NCBI GenBank assembly: GCA_002104905.1
Contig: MCFE01000363.1
Coordinates: forward strand, 1 to 64,000
Source: Basidiobolus meristosporus CBS 931.73
Lineage: Eukaryota; Fungi; Basidiobolomycota
Length of the DNA stretch: 64,000 bases
Direction: 5' to 3'
The notes below the pieces were generated by a model that was given only the letters and a program-made list of their open reading frames with translations, was not told the origin of the DNA and did no database searches. Position numbers and translations under genes: made by a program. Shown one piece after another: positions 61,481 to 64,000 of this stretch (position 1 is the stretch's first letter; each line of letters starts with the position of its first letter).

Positions 61481-62313
61481 TGAAACCTTGATATTGTCGC
61501 CTGATCTTCAGTTAAAGCCCAAACTCTGGAAATTCTGGGTTGGGATTTACGAACAGTGCAGTAACCAATTTAGGCTGCAGGTTTCATTTGGCCACTTCAT
61601 GGAGATATGGTATCTCATCTCCTTAATCCATGTCTGTGCTTCCGTTAACAATCTCCTGGAGGTTGCAAGCATCAGCTGGCTGGCAATCATGTGGGCATTC
61701 TACAGGTAAACCATGATTCATGTAATATTCACCACATATTTCATACTACTTGGGCTCGGTGGCCACCCAGAGCTCACCAGTGCCATAGCGACTGGTCGAC
61801 CGTAGGTTTATCTAGAATTATTGAGATTCTGAGATCAACAGTGAATGCATCCGCCATGCACTCCACACCAGTACGAAACTATCACCACATTAGGCACTCC
61901 AAATGGCAATTCGATTTGCTTGATATTTCCTGCGATGAGATCCCAAATTTTCATGATATGAAAACGATCTTGCTCATACCCCGCAGTAGAGGCATTAGTC
62001 CCTAGTAGGGTATACTCTCCATGGGATGGTGCCCCTGGTCCAACAAGCCCGTTGGAGATAATCCTAGTAGGCTGTATTCGTTGTAATTAGCAATAAATAA
62101 TTCCAAATGAAACGTCGACAGCCTAAGTGCGTATGCAAATTCATCCCCACGAGGCCGACATATTGTCAGCTGGCTGGGCATACAGGGTAAGAATATTGTT
62201 GAGAAACTCATGTGTATCAGTGATGCAGTGAGAATAAGCAGTCCGCCTACAGCGTAGGCTACGGGTAAACATTTACGTACAGACGCAGCAATGCAGTCCC
62301 TAACTCCACGTCA

Positions 62314-63024
62314 ATGCTGTTCAGACGATGTACTCCATACTCCATATTTCTACAAGTATTTCGCAAGAAATGGGTGATGGAGACTAATAGAGTTAATACA
62401 ATTTCCGGTTCGGAAACCTGTTCGGCTGGATTTTCTTCATTGTGCCATACTGAAACATGCAGCCTGGTGAAACCAAAGGAAAAGTGCGGTCAAGACATGA
62501 TTCACGTTTCGCCACCACTCCTGATCATACAATTAAGGGTTCTCCATAAACATCCCAGCCTTTGGACCTTCGTAGTTCATATGGGATACCACCACGTTCC
62601 GGTATGGTCGATATTCACACCATTTGGTTCCCAAAATCGAATTTATCGAACACTCCGCCTGATTATCTTGTGGCGACTTGAACCATTGAAATCGCCGTGG
62701 TCTACCAATACGGTAATCGAGGTGCCACTGTGGTTGATTTGGGAAGATCTGTTGGTTTCATTCAATGTCATCTCATGTCGAGCCTCGGTGCGTGATGCAC
62801 ATCACCCATCAATGGAAGCAAAAGCCCCAAACTATCTGCGAATCACTGCCCACAGAGACAAAGATACCCTTGAGCCTCGGCTATCAAGAGACGTATTTGT
62901 AGCCAGCCATGGCGGCAGAATGAGTTCAGCGCGATCCTCTCAGAGACCACATCATGACACCAGGGGAAGGGAGGATCAAATGCTAAGCCAAGACCGGTTT
63001 TCCGAATCTCACGAGGCTTCCTGA
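62314..63024 (+). other. 236-aa ORF with weak resemblance to a ubiquitin-specific protease (C19) C-terminal part
   Basis: C..C-like residues then IHVSPPLLIIQLR and LWTFVVHMGYHH resemble the USP P..L.I.LKR motif and His box; no Cys box seen. Confidence 0.2.
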
Positions 63025-64000
63025 TTTGCTGCATTCCAACATCATCATCTTAGATTCCATCTTTACGACAATCATGAGGTCGATGCCACCCCGTCTAACG
63101 CATCCGTCTCACTCATCTGAATGCCATATCCCCAGTTTATCAATCTTGAGCTGATATACTCTTCGAAGGAACCCATTTGATGATTTCGGTGCATTGCGGG
63201 AGCCATCCACTGCGTGCGATTAGTGTCCCGACTGTGGCTTAGAGACATAGCTAAGGGTAAAGCTTGGATGAAATGGTGCCCTCCTGCGGCCTGATTGGTG
63301 ATTCTCAAAGCGTATACAGGGCCCGGTATAACGCTCTGCACCATGTACTACGGTCGAATACGAACTATGATGATCGTGTGTAGTTGGATGCTCAATGTGT
63401 GGGTGGCTGACTGCTGTTTACTTTAATACGTTCACATACTGACAAGATATTCTATTGCGGTAGCCGAATAGAACAATAATCGGTGTATACAAAACGGGCA
63501 CCATATGTACATCAAGGCCGGGACAGGTCAGTTTGAAATGATAATACATCGCCAAGCTTTGGGCAAGCACATGCGAGATGATGGAGTGGAAATAAATGTA
63601 GAACGATGGACGAGGTGAAAATTTTGCGCTGTATACAAAATGCGTTGGAAAAAGTTGATGGGTGGGGGCGACAGAAGCAAATAGTGGTACTGACACTCCA
63701 GGTAAGATTCATTCAATCTGCTCTCTCGGATGCAGTAAGCATCTTTAGAGACCTGACTACTAACTGTCAGACTGATTTATGGCCATCAATGACTAAATTG
63801 TATAATAACCAGGCACCCTTTTGTAGCTAAAGAGATACAGGAAGCCAGCGGCTAGTGCTATCCTCGACTGGTGGAGGATTCAGATGGCTCGACAGTGGAG
63901 GCAGCATTCGGTCTTCGGGACAGCTGGACTGAAATATGCGAGCCAGATTAATAGGAAGGAGCTTCTTGGAGGAGTCGTATGTCTCCAGGATGCTGGAAGC

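Noticed and set aside
1-64000. tRNA or rRNA genes
   Set aside because: None recognised by eye; a tRNAscan-SE/barrnap run would be needed to exclude them.

Overview
Eukaryotic, fungal-type genomic DNA: short GT-AG introns, and genes resembling those of early-diverging fungi (taxonomy is my inference). The window has four zones. (1) 1-4390: head-to-tail, CpG-stripped non-LTR (LINE-like) reverse-transcriptase relics with CCCTAA telomere-like hexamers at their junctions, suggesting a telomere-proximal position. (2) 4396-27512, the standout feature: a ~23 kb maze of nested inverted and direct repeats. It is built from at least 15 homologous modules with core RTGTGGAYTGTATGTTG in almost strictly alternating orientation. 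It includes a loop-less ~8 kb diverged palindrome with patchy arm-to-arm homogenisation, and an intact-frame eukaryotic RNAi-type RNA-dependent RNA polymerase gene (20155/20357-23602) bracketed by ~0.7 kb inverted repeats. (3) 30.2-51.1 kb: ordinary genes (ABCB/MDR transporter, TLC-domain protein, P-type II ATPase, Cla4-like PAK kinase, arrestin-like adaptor). (4) 51-64 kb: pseudogene fragments and a cluster of Ty1/copia-type LTRs, including one complete-ended, internally degenerate element. All alignments were done by eye, so boundaries in diverged stretches are approximate and no identity percentages were computed.
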